Shown here in pieces: positions 9,848 through 19,555 of a stretch of DNA of 64,000 nt. A program made the translations under genes and the position numbers. The DNA lies in the NCBI GenBank assembly GCA_965261985.1, contig OZ253490.1:4946631-5010630 (forward strand). The letters are read 5' to 3'. This DNA comes from Alphaproteobacteria bacterium (GTDB taxonomy: Bacteria; Pseudomonadota; Alphaproteobacteria; Bin95). The notes beneath the pieces were generated by a model. The model was not told the DNA's origin and did no database searches. It was given only the letters and a program-made list of their open reading frames with translations. The first letter of the stretch is position 1; each line of letters starts with the position of its first letter.

Positions 9848-11152
9848 TCAAGCGCGGCTGCGGGCGGCCTTCGCGTCCTGGCGGCGGTAGTGCAGCAGCA
9901 TGGAGCGGGCCAGGGGCGCGGCAAGGCGGTTCGACGGCACCGGATGCGGCCGGCGCAGCGCCGCCGGCACCGGATCGTCGGCCTTCACTCCCTCGAGACA
10001 GCGCCCGGCGAGCAGGCGGCCCATCGCGGTCGCCAGCGCGACGCCGCGGCCGTTGTAGCCGAGCGCCGCCCAGACGCCCGGCCCGAGTTCCAGGGCGCGT
10101 GGCAGGCGATCCACGGTCATCGCCACCTTGCCGTCCCAGACGAATTCGAATTCGGCCTCGCCGAGCTCCGGGAAAGCGGCCTGCAGGCGTCGCCGCGCGA
10201 CGGTTTCCGTGCGTCCGCGCGCGCCCCACGGCAACACGATGTCGCCGCCCATCACCATGCGGCCCTCCCGGTCCCAGCGGAAGGCCCAGAGCAGCGTGCG
10301 GCTGTCGGACACGCTGCGGTCTCCGGGCAGGATCTGGCGGCGCACATTGCCGCCTTGCGGCGCGGTAGCGGCGAGGAACAGCCGGAACGGCACGATTGCC
10401 CGCCTCAATCCCGGCCAGAGCCCGCCGGTATAACCGTTGGTCGCCAGCACCACCCGGTCCGCCGTCACCGCGCCTCCCGGCGCCTCCACGCGCCAGCGTC
10501 CGCCGGACCGCGCAAGCGCCGTCGCCGGGGAGCGGCCATGGACCGCCGCGCCGGCATCGATGGCCGCCTTCGCCAGGCCGCGCGCATAGGCAAGCGGCTG
10601 GATATTGCCGCCCCAGGCGTGATGGAGCGCGCCCTGCCAGTAGCGGCTGCCGGTCATGGCCTCGGTCTCGTCCCGCTCCAGGTAGCGGACCGGCATGTCG
10701 CGCCGGGCCCAGGCCTCGGCGCGCGCCCGCACCATGCCGTCGCGGGCCGGGCTGTCCACCGGCAGCAGCCAGCCGACCGGCCGCGCGTCGCAGTCGATGT
10801 CCAGGCGGTCGATCAGCTCGAAGACGAACCGGGCCGACTCGGCGACGAAACGGTTGAACCGCTCGCCCTCGTCCGGGCCGAACCGGGCAATCGTCTCCTC
10901 CGGCCCGTAGCGCGAGAGCATCGGCACCACCTGGCCGTGATTGCGCCCGGAAGCGCCGAAACCCGGGTCCTCCGCCTCCAGCAGCACCGTGCGCGCGCCC
11001 GCCTCCGCCAGGTGCAGGGCCGTGGAAAGCCCGGTGAAGCCGCCGCCGACAACACAGACATCCGCCTCGCATTCGCCTTCCAGAGCGGGAGCCGGCGGCG
11101 GTGGCGGGGCCGTTGCGTGCCAAAGGACGGAAGCCGGATCGGAGGTGTTCAT
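9848..11152 (-). CDS. FAD-dependent oxidoreductase (DAO/glycine-oxidase-like)
   Basis: …ADVCVVGGGFTGLSTALHLAEAGARTVLLEAEDPGFGASGRNHGQVVPM… dinucleotide-binding fold; 434 aa. Confidence 0.82.
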   Translation of the reverse strand: MNTSDPASVLWHATAPPPPPAPALEGECEADVCVVGGGFTGLSTALHLAEAGARTVLLEAEDPGFGASGRNHGQVVPMLSRYGPEETIARFGPDEGERFNRFVAESARFVFELIDRLDIDCDARPVGWLLPVDSPARDGMVRARAEAWARRDMPVRYLERDETEAMTGSRYWQGALHHAWGGNIQPLAYARGLAKAAIDAGAAVHGRSPATALARSGGRWRVEAPGGAVTADRVVLATNGYTGGLWPGLRRAIVPFRLFLAATAPQGGNVRRQILPGDRSVSDSRTLLWAFRWDREGRMVMGGDIVLPWGARGRTETVARRRLQAAFPELGEAEFEFVWDGKVAMTVDRLPRALELGPGVWAALGYNGRGVALATAMGRLLAGRCLEGVKADDPVPAALRRPHPVPSNRLAAPLARSMLLHYRRQDAKAARSRA

Positions 11153-11369
11153 CGCGCCCGGAGCATAGGTGGAAAAAAGGCCCGCGGCGAGCGCGGGCCA
11201 AGTGGGGAGAGAGACGCCGCCGCCCCTATCGGGAGCGTTGGCGGCATCGCAGGTTCAGTCGCAAATGCCGTGCCAAAGACGAGAGCCCGGCCAGGCTCGC
11301 GGCTTTGCCGGTAGCTGGCGCGAACTTCGGCAGACCGGCGCGGCATCTGCCCCAAATCGCGGCAGCCTT

Positions 11370-12374
11370 TCAGCGGCGGGGCCCGGCGGCGAGGGCGCGG
11401 GGCAGCGCCTCCTCCGCGAACAGGCGCATGGACCGCTCGACGGCTTCGGGCGCGAGGCCGCCGAAATTATGCAGGGTCAGCACATGGCCGAGGCCCCAGC
11501 CGGCGAGCTGGCGCAGCTTCTCCGCCACGGTTTCGACCGAGCCCATGAGCGAGAGGCCGGACGCCATGATGTCGTCCCAGGTCTGCCGGCGCGCATAGAG
11601 CCTGGTTGCGACATAGAGCTCGAAGGCCTCGGCAGCCATCTCGTGCGCTTCCTCGTCGGTTTCCGCGACGAAGGTGTGGAAGGCGAAGGCCGCTGCGTCC
11701 CCGGCAGCATCCAGCCCGGCCTCTGCCCGGCCCTCGGCAAAGGACCGGAACAGGGTGGCGACATCGTCCATGCCGGCGACCGAAGCGTAGGGCACGCAGA
11801 ATATGGAATTGCCGGCCTTGCCGACATGCCAGGCGGCCTCGGGGCGCAGCACCGCGACATGGATCGGCACCGGGCGCTGCACCGGCGCGACATTCAGGCT
11901 GACGCCGTCGATCTTGTGGTAGCGCCCGTCGAAATCGACCGGCTCGCCGGAGAGCGCCAGCCGCAGCACCTCCAGCGCCTCGTCGAAGCGGTCGCGCTTC
12001 TCCTGGGGAAGGACGCCGAAGCCCTCGAACTCGTGCGCGAGATAGCCGGAGCCCACGCCCAGCACCAGCCGTCCGCCGGAAAGCATATCCACCATGGCGT
12101 AGCTCTCGGCGACCGTCAGCGGATTGCGGAACGGCAGCACCGAGATCGCCGTGCCGAGCCGGATGCGGCTCGTCCGCGCGGCCATGGCGGTGAGCAGCAC
12201 CGCCGGGTCCGGCACCGCTCCGTATTCGTGGAAATGGTGCTCGGCGGTGAAATACGCCTCGTAACCGAGGCGTTCGGCGAGCACGCATTGCCCGATGGCT
12301 TCGTCATAGAGGGTGGCGACCGAGCGCGGACGGCCCGGGTAATGATCGCCTATGGAGAGGATCGAGTAGCGCAT
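11370..12374 (-). CDS. LLM-class (luciferase-like) flavin-dependent oxidoreductase
   Basis: MRYSILSIGDHYPGRPRSV…YEAYFTAEHHFHEYGAVPDP…LGTAISVLPFRNPLTVAE…. Confidence 0.85.
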   Translation of the reverse strand: MRYSILSIGDHYPGRPRSVATLYDEAIGQCVLAERLGYEAYFTAEHHFHEYGAVPDPAVLLTAMAARTSRIRLGTAISVLPFRNPLTVAESYAMVDMLSGGRLVLGVGSGYLAHEFEGFGVLPQEKRDRFDEALEVLRLALSGEPVDFDGRYHKIDGVSLNVAPVQRPVPIHVAVLRPEAAWHVGKAGNSIFCVPYASVAGMDDVATLFRSFAEGRAEAGLDAAGDAAAFAFHTFVAETDEEAHEMAAEAFELYVATRLYARRQTWDDIMASGLSLMGSVETVAEKLRQLAGWGLGHVLTLHNFGGLAPEAVERSMRLFAEEALPRALAAGPRR

Positions 12375-12957
12375 GGAGCCCGAGTATAGGCAGCGAAGCC
12401 CGTACCGTCGTCAACATCGGCCAGCCGGTCGGCGAGCGCCGCCGGGAAGGGTAGCTGCACGAGCGCATCGGCGAGCGTCTGCGGATGCGACCAGCGCACC
12501 GGGCCGGCGAAGAGCTGCGTGCGCCGTCTGACGCCGACGAGCCAGAAGCCGCCGTCCTCGGCCGGCCCGAACACCGCCCGCGCCCCGCAGAGCCGGCGGA
12601 AGGCGCGCGCGACATGGTGCGGCCGCAGCGCAGGAATGTCGCTGCCGACCAGCACCGCCGGCAGGGGAACGCGGGCGAGCGCACGGTCCATCCGCGCGCC
12701 GATATCGCCCTTTCCCTGCCCGAAACGCGCGAGCCCGCGAGGCCAAGGCCCCCGCGCGCCGTCCGGCGTCACCGCGAGCACGACCCGCCAGCGCCTGTCC
12801 GCCGCGAGCCGGCGCAATTGTTCGGCTGTCGTGCGCCGGTAGAAGGCGGTGGCGCACGCGGGCCCGATGGCAGCCGCCAGCCTGGTCTTGACGGCGCCGA
12901 ACCTGGCCTCGCGCAGCATCACGACCACCGTGCCGCGCCGCATCCCGCAAGACCTCA
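12350..12957 (-). CDS. DUF2064/TIGR04282-family protein (glycosyltransferase-associated)
   Basis: MRSCGMRRGTVVVMLREARFGAVKTRLAAAIGPA…VLVGSDIPALRPHHVARAF…FGPAEDGGFWLVGV…. Its ATG overlaps the GT2 stop (ATGA). Confidence 0.65.
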
Positions 12958-13608
12958 TCCGTAGAGCCTCTGGATACGCTCCGGCGCCATGCCGGCGAGG
13001 AACAGCGAGAGACAGGCCAGATTCCGCACAGGCCGACGCCAGTAGCCGTCCCGGCGGTAGCGCAGGGCGGAAGTAACGACCTCGGGGTCGAGTTCGGCCA
13101 GACGGCGCCGGCCGATCCGGCGAACCAGGTCCACATCCTCCATCAGCGGCATATCGCGATAGCCGCCGACCGCATCGTAAAGAGTGCGCGGCATAACCAG
13201 CCCCTGGTCGCCGTAAGGCAGGCCGAAGCGCCGGGCGCGCCAGTTTGCGAGCCGCTCGACCCGCCGCGCCGCCGGCGCGGGATCGTCGAGGCGGAGACGG
13301 AACCAGCCGGCCCGGCCATCGTCCCGGAGCGCGCCCGGCCAGTCCGGCCCAAGACGGGAATCGGCGTGAAGCACCAGCAGCCACGGCGCGCTTGTGGCCG
13401 CCACGCCGGCGCGCAACTGGCTGCCCCGCCCTTTCGGCGCCTGGATAACACGCGCGCCGCCCGCTTCCGCAATCGCCGGCGTCCCGTCGGTAGAACCGCC
13501 GTCTGCGACCACAACTTCCTCGATCCGCTCCCGCCCCGGCGCCAGCGATTCCAGCGCCGCGGGCAGGCCGACGGCGGCATTCAGGGTCGGGATCACGACC
13601 GCAAGCAT
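12955..13608 (-). CDS. Family-2 glycosyltransferase (TIGR04283-like)
   Basis: MLAVVIPTLNAAVGLPAALESLAPGRERIEEVVVADGGSTDGTPAIAEAGGARVIQAPKGRGSQLRAG…. Confidence 0.8.
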   Translation of the reverse strand: MLAVVIPTLNAAVGLPAALESLAPGRERIEEVVVADGGSTDGTPAIAEAGGARVIQAPKGRGSQLRAGVAATSAPWLLVLHADSRLGPDWPGALRDDGRAGWFRLRLDDPAPAARRVERLANWRARRFGLPYGDQGLVMPRTLYDAVGGYRDMPLMEDVDLVRRIGRRRLAELDPEVVTSALRYRRDGYWRRPVRNLACLSLFLAGMAPERIQRLYG

Positions 13609-13666
13609 GGCGTCCGCCTATAGCTGCGCCCGCCCGCGCCGTCCACAGTCCGCTCGGCGGCGAGAC

Positions 13667-14095
13667 TGTCATGAAGTGTCATGTTTTGTCATGAGATGTC
13701 ATGTGCCCGCGCGCATCGCACCCGGCCTTCCGTTCTCCGGGTCCTGTCCATCGGTCCTCCTTCATGTCCTGTTTCATTCCATTCTCACCGCCGCCGACTT
13801 GCCTGCGGTGCGTCCCTTTTTCGCGCGTATCGCATGTGCGCACACGCGCGCGTTTCGCGCCGGCGCGCATACCGCGCGCCTGATTGCGCGCGCGAGTGGG
13901 CGCAGGGCGCACTTCTCCTGTCCGTTCCGTTGGGGTTTCTTGCGCCGGCGTGAGGCGGCAGACGACGCGGCCTCCGGATGCCGCTTTCCCTGTCTCATCC
14001 TACCACAAATTTTCCAGAGTCAATCATTTTCTATGACTTTATTCCATTTCGTGAACACTCGGGCGCAGCTTCTTATGCTGGGAGTTCCCGGCACT
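13667..14095 (+). repeat. Dispersed repeat family A, copy b. Four 10-bp-phased TGTCATG units at 13667-13703, immediately upstream of the GT2 operon start.
   Basis: tgtcatgaag tgtcatgttt tgtcatgaga tgtcatg, then the conserved core …TTTCGCGCGTATCGCATGTGCGC…GCGCGCCTGATTGCGCGCGCGAG…GGATGCCGCTTTCC…TCATCCTACCAC…. Confidence 0.8.
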
Positions 14096-14378
14096 CCACT
14101 CCGCAGTGAGATGGAGTGGGCCCCCGTGGCTGGACAGTCATATTGAACTGATTTGCTCGGCGCATTCGGACTGCCGAAAAACGACATTCCGGTTTACAGG
14201 ACGACGCCGACAGCGGGACGGCTGGGGCGCGAGATGGTCGCTAACCTGCAAGTACTAGGCCGATTAGCGGTGGCACAAGTCTGTTTCCTAGACAAATGGC
14301 GATAAGATAGCGATGGTAACTCGGCGAATTGAGCTTATTTTTGCAAATATCGTCGATATGGAAGAGGCGAAAAGAAGA

Positions 14379-15363
14379 CATGACTCGAATGGAGACCATT
14401 CATCCAGCCGCCCTGAAGGCAGCCCGCAAACGCGCGAACGGGAGGCGCGGCCTCACCCAGGAGCAACTCGCCGAAAAGATTGGCTGCGGCAAGGACACGG
14501 TCAGTCGGTGGGAGCGTGGCAGGTCGCGCCGGGTGCGGGCGCACCTCCGCGAGCCCTTGTGCAATGCGCTTGGGGTCGATTGGGAAACGCTGGCAACGCC
14601 GCCTGCCCCAGAGCAAACTCCCAAACCGTTCGGTCTTACCCGGATGCAGCGTTGGGTTGCACGCCATGTTCCGCCGGCACTGCTCCTCGTGGCTGTGCGT
14701 TACGGCATTCGGCCGACGGACGTGCTCGACATCGCTCCGCTGCTCTTCCTCATCGTTGCGGAACGAAGCCTGTTGGAACGACAGCGGCGACTCGATGAGA
14801 TTTACGCCACGCAAGACGAAGCTGACCAAAAGTTGATGGAAAAATCGGAGCATCTCGGGAGGATAATCGTCGCCCGCAGCACATCCGCCAACGATATGCT
14901 GGAGCAGGAGGAAAAGTCGCTCCGCGAGCGGGACATATATGGGCGCCTCATCGAATATGAACTCTGGGAAGACGGCGATGAAGGGCCTTTCGTCCATTTC
15001 GTACGCGATCTCGCAAAAGGGTTGCCCGAAGGTGCAGTGTCCTCCATCGAGGCATTCGGAGGCGACACGATCGACCGATATCGGATCGCAGAGGATACGT
15101 TGCGCGAATGCACAGGCATTTCCGGGGATGAAGAAGAGACCGAAATCCTGGACCATATCCGGTCGGGCGGAATCGACCTCGGTAAGTGCCTTCGCGCAAG
15201 GCGCGAGCGGGACGATGTCGGTTACCGGCAGTGGCTCCGAGATGAATCGGCACGGTCGGAGGAAGAGTCCCGCCGCGAGCTAATCGAGATATTCGGCGAG
15301 TCAGTACTCCGTAAGGTCTCGGATACCGTAGCGGCTGCGTCGCACGAAAGGGAAGACCGATGA
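14379..15363 (+). CDS. XRE-family HTH protein with a long uncharacterised acidic C-terminal domain
   Basis: …LTQEQLAEKIGCGKDTVSRWERG… Cro/C1-type HTH, 328 aa. Its stop overlaps the next start (ATGA at 15360). Confidence 0.7.
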
Positions 15364-15650
15364 CGAGCATCGCCATAACGCGCCACGGCGAAGCGAGAAT
15401 GTCGCAACGCGGCATTCGCAGGTCTGACCTCGATATCCTGCTTGCCCACGGCACCGAAATCGGCCCGGACCGGATCATGCTCAAGAACCAGGATGCGGCA
15501 AAGGTCATCCGGAACCTAAAGAAACAAATCGCCAAACTAGAGCGGTTGACCGGCAAGGAGGTCGTCGTTGCGGACGGCCGACTCATCACGGCCTTTCACC
15601 GGACAAGGCCAATCCGGCTATCCAGCCGAACGACAGGACGAGGAAGATAG
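15360..15650 (+). CDS. DUF4258-family protein (putative toxin-like small protein)
   Basis: MTSIAITRHGEARMSQRGIRRSDLDILLAHGTEIG… matches the DUF4258 H-A…R-M…RGI signature. Confidence 0.6.
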   Translation: MTSIAITRHGEARMSQRGIRRSDLDILLAHGTEIGPDRIMLKNQDAAKVIRNLKKQIAKLERLTGKEVVVADGRLITAFHRTRPIRLSSRTTGRGR

Positions 15651-15655
15651 GAACA

Positions 15656-16093
15656 ATGTCCGAAATTGAATATCGACCTATCGACATAGACTTTGAGGTT
15701 TATCAACTCATCGTGCTTGAGAAGCGTGGGTTCGATGAGTCAGACAACGAAGCCCTCAGGCGACTTCTTGGGTGGGATAATGTGCCTTCCAATTTGGAAT
15801 TTAATCCTCCATTGAAACGAGCTCCATGGTCCGGGAATGATATCGTATTGCCCGAAGGAACGAAGTTGCAAATGACCTATCGCGGCGTGGAACACAACGG
15901 CGTAGTGGTCGGCAGAAAGTGGGAAGTAGAGGGCAAGTGCTACAATACGCCGTCGCAGGCAGCTGCGGGCGTAGCGCGGACCAAGCATGGAGACAAAACA
16001 AATCTCAACGGTTGGAAATACTGGTTCGTCAAACGACCAGGGGATACTGGTTGGATCGCCATAGATGATTTGAGAAAAGGGAAAGTACGCTGA
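15656..16093 (+). CDS. Hypothetical protein, 145 aa, visibly AT-richer than the surroundings
   Basis: MSEIEYRPIDIDFEVYQLIVLEKRGFDES…GWKYWFVKRPGDTGWIAIDDL…. No family recognised. Confidence 0.55.
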   Translation: MSEIEYRPIDIDFEVYQLIVLEKRGFDESDNEALRRLLGWDNVPSNLEFNPPLKRAPWSGNDIVLPEGTKLQMTYRGVEHNGVVVGRKWEVEGKCYNTPSQAAAGVARTKHGDKTNLNGWKYWFVKRPGDTGWIAIDDLRKGKVR

Positions 16094-16371
16094 CCGGAAC
16101 GGCTTCCCGGATTAGGGCTGACGCAAACTCCTCGGCGGTCTTCGGTCTGGTTCAAGCGGAACGTTGAGTTGATGCGTGTCGTTCTCTGCCTCGCTCCATC
16201 CGTCATCCGTTAGGCTTGCCTGTTGGAAGCCGAACAGGGTGCAGGGTGCATTCTTCCTGTCTATCCCTTTGGGAACCGCACCGGCTCCATGAGCCGGCCT
16301 TCGGGTGCGTCCAGCCACACCAGAGTGCTCCCTACCGCTGCCGCGCATGCAACGCCCGCCAGAGGTCCGGT

Positions 16372-17403
16372 CTAGAAGCTGTATCTCAGCGAAAGGACGG
16401 TTTTCGTTTCCTCTACGTTCAAGAACCTTGCGCCGTCGAGGGATATTCGAGCCTTAGCATGGTTGACGCCCAGATTGGCCGACAGCCCCCGCGCGAAATC
16501 GTATTGAGCGCCCAGCGCGGCCGAAGCCTCGTCCTTGCCCTCGATGCGTCCGATCTGGCCTTCCAGGGACAGGGTTAGCGCGCCGGTTTTCGCGCGAATG
16601 CCGGAGGCGGCATACCAGCGCTCGGCGTCCGGTCCCTTCGACGAAAAATGCTCATAACCGGCGCCCGCATCGACCGTGGTGCTGCCGTAGATGACCTCGC
16701 CGACAATGCCGAGACCCCTGGTATCGAACCGCCGCCCGCCGACCGGGGCATAGACACCTTCCGCGGCCCGCAGCGTTAGCCGCCAGTCCCTTGTGCCCGC
16801 CGGGCGCTGGAAGGTCGCCCCGAGGTCGAGGTCGCCGTCCTCATCGACCACGGCGCCGACGACCCACGGGCCGAAGCGTCCCGTATACGCGCCGCTCCAA
16901 TCCTCAAGCGCGCCGAGGAAGTCGTCGAAGGCCAGCGCGGCATTGCCGGCTCCGCGCAGGCGCCGAGTCCGGTCGCGCACGGCGCCCGAGACATTGCCGC
17001 CCAGCAACGTGCCCCAGTAGCTGCCGACCGACAGCGCCGCATTGTCCGTGTAGTCGTCTCCGGCCCCGAAAACGGTTGTCGGGTCGGAGGCTTCCTGGCC
17101 GAAATAGGAAAGGTTAACCCGCCAGCGGTTCGGAAGTTGCGTCCCGGCGCTGACCTGGAAGTTCCCGATATAGCCTGTATCGGTGTCGTCGCCGCCTTCC
17201 GTATCGACGGTCCATCGTGCATCGAGCAGGCCGGTGAGCACGAAGGTCACATCGCCGATTTCGAACGCGAGCGGCTCCTCCATGGACGACAAGCTTTCAT
17301 AGTTGAGGGAAACGGACTGCGCCGAGGCGGGGCCGGCCGCCGCGAGCCACGCAGCCGCAATCGCGGCGGGAAGCAGGCCCCGCCGAGCCCGGTATGCGGT
17401 CAT
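16372..17403 (-). CDS. Outer-membrane beta-barrel porin-like protein
   Basis: Signal peptide [30 protein letters not shown]. Alternating beta-strand pattern, C-terminal …LSLRYSF with a terminal Phe. Confidence 0.7.
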   Translation of the reverse strand: MTAYRARRGLLPAAIAAAWLAAAGPASAQSVSLNYESLSSMEEPLAFEIGDVTFVLTGLLDARWTVDTEGGDDTDTGYIGNFQVSAGTQLPNRWRVNLSYFGQEASDPTTVFGAGDDYTDNAALSVGSYWGTLLGGNVSGAVRDRTRRLRGAGNAALAFDDFLGALEDWSGAYTGRFGPWVVGAVVDEDGDLDLGATFQRPAGTRDWRLTLRAAEGVYAPVGGRRFDTRGLGIVGEVIYGSTTVDAGAGYEHFSSKGPDAERWYAASGIRAKTGALTLSLEGQIGRIEGKDEASAALGAQYDFARGLSANLGVNHAKARISLDGARFLNVEETKTVLSLRYSF

Positions 17404-17407
17404 GGCC

Positions 17408-18799
17408 TCAGACCTTCGCCGGGAAGGTGGAAAGAAAGGCCTGCCTGGCCAGCGCTCGCCCGGATTCCAGTCCCTGCGCGTTGTCTATTGCCCAGTGGAC
17501 ACCGCCATAGAGCCGGCTCAGGCCGTTTTCTTCGGCCATGCGGCTCAAGCCGGTCCAGAGCCGGTTGACGCCCTGCAGTTGCGGCCACAGCACTTCGTCG
17601 GGCGAACGCCCGGAAAACGCGACATCGTCCCGGCCCAGGATCAGGGCGATCATCTCGGCCGCGGCAGCGCCGAATGTGGAATGGCCGGACGTGTAGGCCG
17701 GAAATTCCGGCGTAGGAATGTAGCTGCGCCAGCCGCGCTGGAGGATCACGCGCCGGTCCGGGCTCCCGAATGCGGGCGCGCGCACGCGAATGGCGCTCTC
17801 GGGCCGGACGACGTCGTAGTGGTATTTGTTGTCCCAGGCGCAGATGGACGCGTCGCACTGGGTCATGCCGATCAGCGCGAAGGCTCGGGCGAGCTCGATG
17901 AAGGAGAGGCCCCGGTCCTGCAAGAGCTGCATGGCGATATAGAGCATGTGCCCCGGCGGGGTGATGCCCCACGGGCCGTCTTCCCAGAAGAGCGCAATCT
18001 CCGACTGGTCGGCGGTCCTGACGCTGCTGTCCATTCCCCCGAGGCGGCGGATCGTGTCGAACTCTTCGGCGAACTCAGGGCTCGCCGGATCGTAAAATCC
18101 GCTCACCCGGAACTGCGAACCGCTCTTCATCGTCCATGGCTCGATCCGGCCGTGGCCCGGATAGAGGCAACGATCGAAGGAGGCGAAGGCAGGCCCCGGC
18201 GCGGCGCCGTAGAACGGGCCCGTCGGGCTCCACCGCAACGAGTCCGCGCGCCGTCGGTAGCGCCCGAGATAGTAGTTGACCTCGCTGGGCTCCGAACCGT
18301 CGTCCGTGCGCATGTCGAGCACCCGGCGGCCCACCGCACGGCCCCATTCGACCCCCAGCGACTTCGCCTCGCTATCGGGGAAGCGGTTCAGGAAGGCGAT
18401 GCGCTCGAACAGGAACGGTTGCTGGAACGCTTCCGCCGCTGCCGCCGCGAAGGCGACGCCATAAGCGACCTCCGGGTCGGCGTCGCGCGGTCCGGGCCCG
18501 ATTCCGAACGGCTCTTCATAGGCCCCGGCGATTCCGTTGGCAGCCAGGAATCCGGCTGCGGTGCCCAGCCCGTAATTGTAGGCGGCGCGCGGCGTCAGGA
18601 CCCTCTGGTCCCGCACCTGCTGCAGGGCCGTATCGACCCAAAGGAAGACGGTGTTCCCGTTCTGCGGTTTCAGGATCTGGCTCGTATAGGACGAGCGATG
18701 TCCCTGGGAGGCTACGTGCAGGCCGGCGCAGCCGGCCATGGACAGGGTGGAGGCCGCAGCAGCGGCGGCAGCGAGGAACTGCCGTCTGGTGTGGCTCAT
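17408..18799 (-). CDS. Tat-secreted PAP2-superfamily / vanadium-haloperoxidase-like protein
   Basis: MSHTRRQFLAAAAAAASTLSMAGCAG (twin-arginine plus lipobox-like). PAP2 motifs …RPESAIR…PAYTSGHSTFG…SRLYGGVHWAIDN…. SD AAAGGA upstream of the ATG at 18799. Confidence 0.75.
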   Translation of the reverse strand: MSHTRRQFLAAAAAAASTLSMAGCAGLHVASQGHRSSYTSQILKPQNGNTVFLWVDTALQQVRDQRVLTPRAAYNYGLGTAAGFLAANGIAGAYEEPFGIGPGPRDADPEVAYGVAFAAAAAEAFQQPFLFERIAFLNRFPDSEAKSLGVEWGRAVGRRVLDMRTDDGSEPSEVNYYLGRYRRRADSLRWSPTGPFYGAAPGPAFASFDRCLYPGHGRIEPWTMKSGSQFRVSGFYDPASPEFAEEFDTIRRLGGMDSSVRTADQSEIALFWEDGPWGITPPGHMLYIAMQLLQDRGLSFIELARAFALIGMTQCDASICAWDNKYHYDVVRPESAIRVRAPAFGSPDRRVILQRGWRSYIPTPEFPAYTSGHSTFGAAAAEMIALILGRDDVAFSGRSPDEVLWPQLQGVNRLWTGLSRMAEENGLSRLYGGVHWAIDNAQGLESGRALARQAFLSTFPAKV

Positions 18800-19555
18800 T
18801 GCAATCCTTTCGGTTCGAGAGTCCATGGATGCGGTTCGACATGCAGTCGGAGGCTTGCCCGACTGCCGGGAAAACGATGAGGAAGCAGTGCCGGATCGCC
18901 GGCTCAGGCGGCCATCGACACCGAACGAACGAGCGTCATGCCGGATGCGAATCCGGAGCCAACGGCGCACCCGCGCAGAAGGCGGGCAGACCGGGTCCGG
19001 TCAGGCGGCTCGGGGCAGCGTCAGGTGCCCGGAGGGCGATCGGAACGATGTGGAAAATGAAGGTCCATACGCATGGAAATAATAGGCGCACTTGCCCAAT
19101 TATTACTCATCCAACCGACTCTTCCGTAACGTAGATCGAAATGCGTCGTTTCGAAGCATTTCCATGATGCGCCCGTCATAGACGTTTCCCCCAATCGCGC
19201 ATCGCCGAGTACATAGAATGGAGCGCGATGGCAGTGGATAACCGGCCGAAAAAAGAAACGCAAGCGACACTTTGGCACCCTGTCCGGTTGCCTCGCCGCC
19301 TTTCCGGCGGCTCGTCAACAGCGCAACGATAGCTGCAGACGGCTGGCCTCGGGCCAAGGGCAAGGCACCGATGCGACAATAGGCACAGCCCCGCCGGCTT
19401 GAAGGGCGGCAGGCGAGCCGTTATATCCGGTCCTCAATAAGCCTCCGTGCCAATGACCGCACTGCCCCGGCGCCCTTTCCGGCGGAACGGGAGGAGATTT
19501 GTGCAGGCGCGGAATGACGAATGGACCGTCAGATTGAAGGAAGGAGACCCGTCCC

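Noticed and set aside
7240-9924. 894-aa minus-strand ORF and the 658-aa plus-strand ORF 7764-9740
   Set aside because: Low-complexity Arg/Gly/Pro-rich translations typical of off-frame or antisense GC-rich DNA. The real genes inside are the thioesterase, the SDR and the MFS transporter.
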